DNA from: Breoghania sp. L-A4
Lineage (GTDB): Bacteria; Pseudomonadota; Alphaproteobacteria; Rhizobiales; Stappiaceae
DNA length: 32,000 bases
Reading direction: 5' to 3'
Assembly (NCBI RefSeq): GCF_003432385.1
Contig: NZ_CP031841.1
Span: 4,103,549 to 4,135,548, forward strand
Positions 9,714 to 17,206 of the stretch are shown piece after piece. The notes under the pieces were generated by a model, which saw nothing but the letters and a program-made list of their open reading frames with translations, ran no database searches and was not told where the DNA came from. Made by a program: the position numbers and the translations under genes. Each line of letters begins with the position of its first letter. Position 1 is the first letter of the stretch.

Positions 9714-10844
9714 TCAGATCACGTAGGATGCCAGCGGCGCGAAGCCGTTGAAGCCGGTCGTGGAATAAGTGGTGGTGTAGGCGCCGCAGGCCTCGATCAG
9801 CACCTTGTCGCCGATGGACAGCGACACGGGCAGCTCATAGGGCGCCTTCTCGTAGAGCACGTCGACGCTGTCGCAGGTCGGACCGGCCAGCACGCAGGGG
9901 GTCTTCGCGTCGCCGTCGCGCTCGGTGCGGATCGGATAGCGGATCGCCTCGTCCATGGTCTCGGCCAGGCCGTTGAACTTGCCGATGTCGAGATAGACCC
10001 AGCGGATCGGATCGTCATCGGACTTGTTGGAGATCAGGACGACCTCGGCCTCGATCATGCCGGCGTTGCCGACCATGCCGCGGCCCGGTTCGATGATGGT
10101 CCTGGGCAGACGGTTGCCGAAGTGGCGCGACAGGGCGCGGAAGATCGCCTCGCCATAGGACGCGACGCCCGGCATCTTCTTGAGATAGTCGGTCGGAAAA
10201 CCGCCGCCCATGTTGACCATGGAAAGCTGGATACCGCGCTCGGCCATCTCGCGGAAGATCGCGGCGGCGGAGGCCAGCGCCTGGTCCCACGCGTCCACGT
10301 TGCCCTGCTGCGAGCCGACGTGGAAGGACACGCCATAGGCGGTGAGGCCCGAGCGGTGGGCGGATTCCAGAACACGGGGCGCCATTTCCGGCGCGCAGCC
10401 GAACTTGCGCGACAGCGGCCATTCGGCGCCCGCGCCATCGCACAGGATGCGGCAGAACACCTTGGAGCCCGGAGCGACGCGGGCGATCTTCTCGACTTCC
10501 GCCTCGCAATCGACCGCGAACAGGCGCACGCCCATTTCAAAGGCGCGCAGGATGTCGCGCTCCTTCTTGATGGTGTTGCCGAACGAGATGCGGCCGGCGC
10601 CCGCGCCGGTGGCCAGAACCATTTCGATCTCGCCCACGGAGGCGCAGTCGAACGACGAGCCCAGGCGGGCCAGCAGGTTGAGGATTTCCGGCGCCGGGTT
10701 GGCCTTCACCGCGTAGTAGACGGAGGTGTCGGGCAGCGAATGGGCGAAGGCTTCGTAGTTGTCGCGCACGATGTCGAGATCGACAACGACGCAGGGGCCG
10801 TCGTCACGTCGGCTGCGGAGGAAATCGCGAATGCGGTCGGTCAT
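9714..10844 (-). CDS. odc: Ornithine/lysine decarboxylase (alanine-racemase-fold, type III PLP enzyme)
   Basis: 376 aa. Contains YYAVKANPAPEILNLLARLGSSFDCASVGEIE (PLP-Lys region), GGGFP and GPTCDSVDVL (substrate Cys motif). Confidence 0.9.
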   Translation of the reverse strand: MTDRIRDFLRSRRDDGPCVVVDLDIVRDNYEAFAHSLPDTSVYYAVKANPAPEILNLLARLGSSFDCASVGEIEMVLATGAGAGRISFGNTIKKERDILRAFEMGVRLFAVDCEAEVEKIARVAPGSKVFCRILCDGAGAEWPLSRKFGCAPEMAPRVLESAHRSGLTAYGVSFHVGSQQGNVDAWDQALASAAAIFREMAERGIQLSMVNMGGGFPTDYLKKMPGVASYGEAIFRALSRHFGNRLPRTIIEPGRGMVGNAGMIEAEVVLISNKSDDDPIRWVYLDIGKFNGLAETMDEAIRYPIRTERDGDAKTPCVLAGPTCDSVDVLYEKAPYELPVSLSIGDKVLIEACGAYTTTYSTTGFNGFAPLASYVI

Positions 10845-10871
10845 GGATCCGTTCCCAATATGTAATCACGT

Positions 10872-10905
10872 CGCAGGGGCGGATGCGATCGCGCCCGCCC
10901 CTGCG
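10872..10905 (-). promoter_or_regulatory. Strong hairpin in the odc leader
   Basis: 11-bp stem CGCAGGGGCGG / CCGCCCCTGCG enclosing the palindrome GCGATCGC. It lies 28-61 nt upstream of the odc ATG. No U-tract follows, so it is not a classical terminator. Confidence 0.3.
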
Positions 10906-11440
10906 CGATGGAAACGCAAGGACGCGCGGCGATACATCGCGCGAACGGTCGAGCGAACGGCAAGAGCCGACTGCTGTCCCGCGTGTGATGCCTTGGATTG
11001 GAACGGGAATCCCCGTTTCCGCACGGCTGGCAAGGAGGTAAGTGCCTCTTCAGTGACACCGGGGGTTGGAGACCCCGACTGAGACCAAAAAAGCCCTCTT
11101 ACGTCGTTGCTTTAAGCCGTCCGGTTTTGCCGCCTTGGGACCCTTGAGGATCCGGGTAAGGCGACTGCCACTTATTCGATGGACGACCACGGGCACGTGC
11201 GAATTTGGGCACGCATTGCATCGCGCCCTTTTGTTCCGAATGCAAGATTTTTTTGCGCCCGGGGGCAAGTTTTTTCGGGCGGGATCCGGCCCGGGGCCCA
11301 GCCGCCCCGCCCGCGACCGCGTCATGCCGCCATTCGTTGAGGAACCAAGTCCCCTCCCCGCCGTTGATTTGGCTCAACGCGGGCGGCGCGGCTTCGGCCG
11401 AGACTGTTCGTTACACTCCAACCAGCGACGGACACGCAGC

Positions 11441-11902
11441 ATGAGCGAGCATCCAGAAAATACCCAGAGCCAGGAACCGGACGCGGACGACGGGCCCGTG
11501 CTGTCGATCTCGCCCGAGCAGGTCTGCTTCCTGATCGTCAAGGCGCGCGAATACGACGCCAAGGAGGGGGAAACGGATATCGACTCCGGTTCCAACGCCG
11601 CCGACGACAGGATGATCGACGTGCTGGACGAGGGCGGCGACGACCCGGTGGAGGAGGAGATCATCTCGTTCATCGACGCGATGAACGAGGACGAACAGAT
11701 CGATCTGGTAACCATCGCCCGGCTGGGCCGCGGCGACGGGACGTTGGCCGATTGGGACGAATTGCGCGAGGAAGCCGCAGGCGGTCACAACGACCGCACC
11801 GCGCAGTATCTGCTCGGCATTCCGCTGCTGCCCGATTATCTCGAGAACGGCCTGGGCGAGCTGGGCCATTCCTGCGAGGAATTCGAGACGGGGCGGCTTT
11901 GA
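11441..11902 (+). CDS. DUF3775 domain protein
   Basis: C-terminal 153 aa of ORF 11066..11902, beginning at ATG 11441. Acidic protein with SISPEQVCFLIVKAREYDAKEG...FIDAMNEDEQIDLV, as in the DUF3775 family. The upstream part of the track ORF reads like non-coding sequence. Confidence 0.75.
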   Translation: MSEHPENTQSQEPDADDGPVLSISPEQVCFLIVKAREYDAKEGETDIDSGSNAADDRMIDVLDEGGDDPVEEEIISFIDAMNEDEQIDLVTIARLGRGDGTLADWDELREEAAGGHNDRTAQYLLGIPLLPDYLENGLGELGHSCEEFETGRL

Positions 11903-11925
11903 ACGAGCGGAGGCGCGTGAATGTT

Positions 11926-12060
11926 GCGCCGATCCTTCGAGACGGCCCTTCGGGCCTCCTCAGGATGACGTCGATGAGGTGGAAATATTGTAAATATATC
12001 AACACGATAACGTCATCCTGAGGAGCCGTCGCAGACGGCGTCTCGAAGGATCGGCGGCGC
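11926..12060. repeat. Large imperfect palindrome (MITE/REP-like) with an AT-rich centre
   Basis: CCGATCCTTCGAGACG (11929-11944) pairs with CGTCTCGAAGGATCGG (12039-12054). CCTCCTCAGGATGACG (11955-11970) pairs with CGTCATCCTGAGGAG (12011-12025). The central 40 nt are AT-rich. Confidence 0.65.
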
Positions 12061-12070
12061 CCACGGACAT

Positions 12071-12110
12071 CCCTCACCCCAACCCTCTCCCCATGGGAGA
12101 GGGGGCGGAT
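12071..12110. repeat. REP-like element, family A
   Basis: CCCTCACCCCAACCCTCTCCCCATGGGAGAGGGGGCGGATGCGG. Nearly identical to 17028-17063, and its GGGGGCGGAT(A/G)CGGC tail matches 7303-7318. Confidence 0.75.
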
Positions 12111-12156
12111 GCGGCCAGTTTCTTGGTTTTTTCAACGAATAATATTTCCCCGCGAC

Positions 12157-13056
12157 TCACGGCATCGCCAGAAAGCGGCGCACCAGCGCGACGAAGGCCT
12201 CGGGTCGCTCCTCGTGCGGCAGGTGACCGGCGTCGGGCAGGATCACCGACCAGCAATCGGCCAGCCGCATCTGGATGTTGACCGAGTTCTTCACCGGCAG
12301 CACGCCGTCGCGCGATCCCCAGACCGACAGCACCGTGTGCCGCAATTCCGGCAGGCGCTTCTGCAGGGCGCCTTCGGAGAACTGGCGCAGGGTCTTGAGA
12401 AAGGCGCGCTCGCCATGATCGCGCAGCAGCAGGCCGTAGCAGTGATCGACCAGCGCCGCGTCGGGCACAGTGGCGGCGTAGGATTTTCTCAATTTGGAGC
12501 GGAAGATCGCCTTGCCGGTGCCGTGCCGGCGCAACAGCCCCGCGACCGCCCAGCGGATCAGCCCGCTGCGCACCAGCTTCTCGATTGAATGGGCGCCGCC
12601 GGCGATCCCGACGCTGTTGACGATGATCAGCCGGCCGACGAGATCCGGCGCGCGCAGGGCCATGGTGATCGCCACCGCCGCGCCGAAGGAACTGCCCGCC
12701 ACGTGGACCCGCGCGATCCGCAACGCGGCGCACAGCGCGATGATCCTGCCGGCGATGGCGTCGAGCGAATAGTCCTCGCCGGTTTTCGACGAGCGGCCGT
12801 AACCGGGCATGTCGACAGCCACCACCCGATGGCTTTGCGACAGCGGCGCGAAGACCGCCTGCCAGGTGGTCATGCACAGCGGGATGCCGTGCAGCAGGAG
12901 GATCGTCTCGCCCTCACCGGCCTCGCGATAGCAGATCTCGAAGCCGTCCAGGCTCACGGTCTGGGCATGAGGGTACATCTCGTCGCGGAATCCCCCCGCG
13001 TGGAGATCGGTCTTGGCGACCCGCGATCCGGAAAGATTGCGCGGCAGGAACATCAT
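12157..13056 (-). CDS. Alpha/beta-fold hydrolase (catalytic motifs intact)
   Basis: 299 aa. HG oxyanion motif (ILLLHGIP), nucleophile elbow GSSFG (VAGSSFGAAVA) and C-terminal DAGHLPHEERPE. The start ATG overlaps the upstream stop (TAATG). Confidence 0.85.
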   Translation of the reverse strand: MMFLPRNLSGSRVAKTDLHAGGFRDEMYPHAQTVSLDGFEICYREAGEGETILLLHGIPLCMTTWQAVFAPLSQSHRVVAVDMPGYGRSSKTGEDYSLDAIAGRIIALCAALRIARVHVAGSSFGAAVAITMALRAPDLVGRLIIVNSVGIAGGAHSIEKLVRSGLIRWAVAGLLRRHGTGKAIFRSKLRKSYAATVPDAALVDHCYGLLLRDHGERAFLKTLRQFSEGALQKRLPELRHTVLSVWGSRDGVLPVKNSVNIQMRLADCWSVILPDAGHLPHEERPEAFVALVRRFLAMP

Positions 13057-14795
13057 TACCCCCTTTGCGCCGCCTGCGGCGCGGCGACGCCTTCGCGCCT
13101 GAGAAAGCCGCGCAGCACATCGTTGAAGGCCTCGTGCATCTCCCAGTTCATGAAATGCGCGCCGCCGCGCATCAGCGCCAACTCGCTGCCCGCAATGGCG
13201 CGCTGCAGCGCGTCTGCGTGATGCAGCCGCACCAGCCGGTCCTGCTCACCATGGATGATCAGCGTCTCGCAAGCGATCTCCGACAGCGGGTGTGCGGGCC
13301 GGTGCGTGTTCCCCGCCAGCGTCTGGGCGGAAAACGACGCCGCGTCCTGGCGGTTGACCCGGTAAAACGTCTTCAGCTTGTAGAGCTCGTCGGCCCTCTC
13401 GCCCCGATAGTCCTCGGAGAACACCCAGGGGATCGTCTCGTCGAACAGCGCCTGCATGCCCTCGCGCGCAGCCTTCTCCCGCCACGCAGCCGTGGTTCTC
13501 AGGATCAGATCGTCGGCCGTCTCGTAAGCCGAGACCAGCACCAGCCTGCCGGCGAGATCCGGGCGCAGCAACGCCACCTGCTGGGCGATCAGCCCGCCCA
13601 GCGCCAGCCCGACGATGCTGACGCCACGCTCGCCGAGATGATCAAGCAGCGCGATGACATCGCCGGCCATGTCCCGCGTGTTCGCGCTGTCGGGCAGCGC
13701 GGAACTGCGCCCCGCGCCACGGTTGTCGACGGTGATCAGCCGGAAGGCGTCGTTGAGGGTGCCGCACTGGCGCGACCAGAAGCTGGTGTCCGTGCCCACC
13801 GGACAGAGGAACAGCACCGGCGGGCCCTCGCCTTCGGTGCGGTAGCACAGCGAGCCGCCGTGGCTGAGCGGCAGCCGCTCGGCATGCACCTTGCGGTAGA
13901 AATGATCGAAGATGTTGGCGACAAGCGAGCCGCGGTCGGGGATGCTCTCGAGCACCTCGCTGGGATCGTAGTGCGTCATGCCGCCATCGAGATAGTCGTT
14001 CTCGTAGCGGTGGGTGTAGGGATCGAACTGGAAGATGTAGGGAATGGCGCGCGGCTTGCGGCGCTCAAGCAGGATCAGCACGACCTCGCTCGCCACCAGC
14101 GAGGCCGCCATCAGGCAGGCGGAGGCGATGGATGGGCCGGTGCCGCGGAGAAAGTCGGTGTTGGAGTCGCCCTTTGACACATCGAAGTAGCTGATGTGCG
14201 CCAGCTTCGGCACGACGGAACAGGCGTAGCGCAACTGCTTTTCCATTGGCGGCATGTCGTCCGTGATGCCGCAGAAGGTCTCCATGTCCATGCCGTCGGG
14301 ATCGAACACCTGCATGGAGGCGCTGAAGCCGACGGGCGAGCCCATGAGGATGTAGAGCCCGCGGGCGCGCGCCGCGCGATGCAGCCTCAGGTGATCCTCG
14401 ATGGCGTAGAAATCGATGGCGTCGATGCAGATGTCGGCATCGCCCAGAACGGCATCGGCGTTGGCGTCGCAGAATTTCTCCGCGAACGTCCGCACGCTGG
14501 CGTCGGGATTGATGGCCAGGATCTCACGCTCCACCACATCGACCTTGCGCGCGCCCACGGTGGTGCTGTCGGCGCCCGCCTGGCGGTTGATGTTGGCGAG
14601 CTCGAAGGTGTCGGGATCAACGATATTGAAGTTGCCCACGCCCATGCGCGCCAGCGTCACAAGACAGTTGGAGCCGATGCCGCCGGTGCCGACGACGGCG
14701 ACGGTGGCGCGCGCGAGCCGCTCCTGCTCGGCCTCGCGCAGGATGCCGATGTTGCGCGAAAAGGATTCCCGGTACGTCTCGCTCAGCGCCATCAT
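13056..14795 (-). CDS. ThiF/MoeB/HesA-type E1-like adenylyltransferase fused to a degenerate alpha/beta-hydrolase domain
   Basis: Real start is ATG 14795 (MMALSETY; RBS GGGAGGG; ATGA overlap with the upstream stop). N-terminal domain: VAVVGTGGIGSNCLVTLARMGVGNFNIVDPDTFELANINRQ. C-terminal domain aligns to ABH but has CPVG in place of HG and GLALGG in place of GxSxGG. The Asp (HGEQDRLV) and His (GGAHFMNWE) are retained. The upstream 166 aa of the track ORF is an Arg-rich shadow overlapping the next gene. Confidence 0.85.
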   Translation of the reverse strand: MMALSETYRESFSRNIGILREAEQERLARATVAVVGTGGIGSNCLVTLARMGVGNFNIVDPDTFELANINRQAGADSTTVGARKVDVVEREILAINPDASVRTFAEKFCDANADAVLGDADICIDAIDFYAIEDHLRLHRAARARGLYILMGSPVGFSASMQVFDPDGMDMETFCGITDDMPPMEKQLRYACSVVPKLAHISYFDVSKGDSNTDFLRGTGPSIASACLMAASLVASEVVLILLERRKPRAIPYIFQFDPYTHRYENDYLDGGMTHYDPSEVLESIPDRGSLVANIFDHFYRKVHAERLPLSHGGSLCYRTEGEGPPVLFLCPVGTDTSFWSRQCGTLNDAFRLITVDNRGAGRSSALPDSANTRDMAGDVIALLDHLGERGVSIVGLALGGLIAQQVALLRPDLAGRLVLVSAYETADDLILRTTAAWREKAAREGMQALFDETIPWVFSEDYRGERADELYKLKTFYRVNRQDAASFSAQTLAGNTHRPAHPLSEIACETLIIHGEQDRLVRLHHADALQRAIAGSELALMRGGAHFMNWEMHEAFNDVLRGFLRREGVAAPQAAQRG

Positions 14796-15601
14796 AACCC
14801 TCCCGCGGCAACCGCGCGCCGCTCTTGCTGGCGCGACGCGAAGCGCGCGCGGAACCGCGCGCCATAGGCGTTCAGACGCGCCGCCGAGCTCCTGCCGACA
14901 GGCACGAAGACGTCGCCCGCCGCAATGTCCAGTTTCGAGCGGACAAAATCGTTGATCCGGCGATCGGGCGCTTGCGGCAAGGGGTTGTAGAAGAAGTCGC
15001 ACTCGTTGCGCAGGATCAGGTTTTCGGGCTCGAAGGTCACATCCGGGTCGTATTTGTCGACCACCGCGCGGGCCACGCGGATCACGTCCGGCGGCGGGAT
15101 GTCCCGCGCGTTGGGATAGACATGCGCGAGCTTCCCCAGCATGGAGTAGACCAGCGGGCTTTGCGAAATCGAGGTGACATAGACCGTGTCGCCGTGCCGC
15201 GCGACGAGACCGGAGATCTGTTCGAGAAGGGCGAGAAACAGGAACGACAGAAGCCCCGTGCCCTGGATGTCGCGCGAGAAGTTCATCGAACACAGATGCA
15301 CGATGGTGCCGTTTATGCCGCTGCCCGGCCCGCAGTCGAAGTCCGTGTCGCAGCCGGCGATGCCCTTGAAGACGCCGTCCTCGAAGACAAGCGCCAGCGC
15401 GGTTGCGAGATACAGCGGTGAGATCTTGAAGATGGCGCGCATGCGCGCGACGTGGCTCCCGTCCCAGCCGCGCGACAGCGTGGCGATGGTCAGGATCTCG
15501 TCCTCGAGCGCACGCAGCTCATTGCGATACGCCTTGGCGTCGCGCAGGATCACCAGCTCGTAGCGGCGAAACGGGATCCTTTCCGCGCCCGTAAACATCA
15601 C
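14792..15601 (-). CDS. Hypothetical protein (weak GNAT-like acyltransferase pattern)
   Basis: 269 aa with normal amino-acid composition, coupled at both ends. SRDIQGTGLLSFLF loosely resembles the GNAT acyl-CoA motif. I recognise no family with confidence. Confidence 0.6.
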   Translation of the reverse strand: MMFTGAERIPFRRYELVILRDAKAYRNELRALEDEILTIATLSRGWDGSHVARMRAIFKISPLYLATALALVFEDGVFKGIAGCDTDFDCGPGSGINGTIVHLCSMNFSRDIQGTGLLSFLFLALLEQISGLVARHGDTVYVTSISQSPLVYSMLGKLAHVYPNARDIPPPDVIRVARAVVDKYDPDVTFEPENLILRNECDFFYNPLPQAPDRRINDFVRSKLDIAAGDVFVPVGRSSAARLNAYGARFRARFASRQQERRAVAAGGL

Positions 15602-16872
15602 GCCTCTCCGCTCAGATGGCGCACCGCATCGTCCAGACAGCGGGCCGCGCCGGCCACATAGGCTTGCCGCCAGCGCGGATCGTCGGGGCAGAAAGCCCGC
15701 GTCATCCGCGCCCGCGCCCTGGCGAGCAACGCCGGGTCATGCGCGAAATGCCGGTGGGCGATGGTGTCCAGCCGCAGCGCCAGGAAGGTGCGCAGCGCAG
15801 GCCCCGTGCCGCACTCGAAGGTAACGCCGCAGAGATCGCGGCATGAGATCCCGCGCATCAGACCGGTGAGCAGATCGCCACGCACGCTGTAGAGCGCGTC
15901 GTCGCCCGCGTGGCTCATGGTGATCGGCGTCCGGAAGATCGCCTCGGCGCCTGCGACATCGGCCGCGGTGGCGAGCAACTGGCATTGACCGTAGCTCCCG
16001 ATGCCGGAATGCAGGTCAACGAAAATCGCCTTGTCCAGCGCGCCTTCGCCAAGCATGCCCGAGAGATAATCCGCAAGCGCGCGGATCTCGGGCTGCACCG
16101 CGTCACCGCCGTAAAACAGCCCGTCTGGGTTGACGAACTGACCGCCCGCCAGCGCCTCCTTCAGCGCGGATATGCCGCCCAGGCCCATCAGCCTGAGAAA
16201 AAAGACCGGCATCCAGAACGCGCCGAGCGCGCGGAATTTTCCCACGCTGTTGACCCAGTCATCGATGGCGGCGGCGCGGGCGTCCACCGTCCGGTCAACC
16301 GCTGAATGGTCGAGGACATTGCGGTTGAGATCGACATTGGCGCCGTTCACCCGGCGGCGCGCCTTCATGCCCGCGGGATTGATGACGTGCACCACGAGCA
16401 CGTGGACGGTTTCGAGGCTCCACGCCCGCGCGCGCAGAAACGCGATCTGCGCGGCGCTGCCGCAATAGCCCTCGATGCCGTGCAGCCCGCTGGTGACGAC
16501 CAGCTTGCGCGGCGACGTCAGATCGCCCGCGTGCGCCACGTCGATGACGTCATCGGCGCCGCCGATGGGCAGGTGATCAACGCGCAGATCCAGATCGCGG
16601 CAAAGATCCAGGAACGCCGCGCGGGCGGCCTCAAAGGTGGGGTGGAAATCGGAAACCTCATCGCCTGTGGTCCGGGGCGCGCCTCGCGCATGTCGGATCG
16701 CCGAAACCGCCGCTCCAACCGCGCTGTCATCCCGGCCTCCGAGCCGGGACCCAGTAGCCGCCGGCCCCTCGGCTCTTGCCGTTGGTTCTCGGCCTCGTTG
16801 TGGCGACGGGTCATCGCGCGGGCTGTCGGTTACTGGGTCCCGGGTCTCGCCTTCGCTCGCCCGGGATGACAA
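15598..16872 (-). CDS. DUF2817 / M14-like zinc carboxypeptidase-fold protein; start codon unresolved
   Basis: The homology-like part begins near 16650 (SDFHPTFEAARAAFL). Zn motifs are VVTSGLHGIEGYCGS (HxxE) and FVDLHSGIGSYG. The nearest upstream in-frame canonical start is TTG 16872. The track start at 17220 reads through the REP repeats. Confidence 0.7.
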   Translation of the reverse strand: MSSRASEGETRDPVTDSPRDDPSPQRGREPTARAEGPAATGSRLGGRDDSAVGAAVSAIRHARGAPRTTGDEVSDFHPTFEAARAAFLDLCRDLDLRVDHLPIGGADDVIDVAHAGDLTSPRKLVVTSGLHGIEGYCGSAAQIAFLRARAWSLETVHVLVVHVINPAGMKARRRVNGANVDLNRNVLDHSAVDRTVDARAAAIDDWVNSVGKFRALGAFWMPVFFLRLMGLGGISALKEALAGGQFVNPDGLFYGGDAVQPEIRALADYLSGMLGEGALDKAIFVDLHSGIGSYGQCQLLATAADVAGAEAIFRTPITMSHAGDDALYSVRGDLLTGLMRGISCRDLCGVTFECGTGPALRTFLALRLDTIAHRHFAHDPALLARARARMTRAFCPDDPRWRQAYVAGAARCLDDAVRHLSGEA

Positions 16873-17168
16873 TCGGGGCGAAGCCTGGACATCGCGGGAT
16901 GACTGCGCAGGGTGGTGTTCGCTCGCCCGGAGGTCAGCGCCCGACAAACCTCTCCCATGGGGAGAGGTCGGCGCGCATGCGCCGGGTGAGGGGTGAAAAA
17001 CTCGACGTATCCAGGAGAGCGCTGATCCCCTCACCCCAACCCTCTCCCCATGGGAGAGGGGGCGAGCCGTTCGCCGCGAAGCCACTTGCGGTGACCCTGC
17101 TCCAAGGACAGCGAGGGACCGCCTCCCCGACAACGCCTCACCCCACACTCTCCCCATGGGAGAGGGGG
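16725..17168. repeat. Mosaic of at least two REP-like repeat families inside the operon
   Basis: Family B is an inverted pair: TGTCATCCCGG..CCGGGACCCAGTAGCC (16725-16759) and GGTTACTGGGTCCCGG..CCCGGGATGACA (16828-16871), plus a partial copy around 16885-16935. Family A copies lie at 16949-16993 (inverted), 17027-17063 and 17137-17168. Confidence 0.8.
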
Positions 17169-17206
17169 TGCCGCCATCCGTCGTGGGGCGCGCGTCCGGT
17201 TGTGCC

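Noticed and set aside
7408-9726. 772-aa plus-strand ORF
   Set aside because: It is antisense to hss and the GNAT gene, both of which have strong family signatures on the minus strand.
11066-11440. Upstream 125 codons of track ORF 11066..11902
   Set aside because: The sequence is low-GC with homopolymer runs and a junk-like translation. The DUF3775-like sequence begins exactly at ATG 11441.
14796-15293. N-terminal 166-aa extension of track ORF 13056..15293
   Set aside because: It is Arg-rich junk that overlaps the 269-aa gene in another frame. A good RBS and an ATGA-coupled ATG at 14795 precede the first recognisable ThiF residues.
16940-17170. CRISPR-like appearance of repeated 35-45-nt units
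   Set aside because: The units are palindromic, occur in both orientations, are irregularly spaced, and recur as single copies in other intergenic regions. No cas genes are present. They are REP-type elements.
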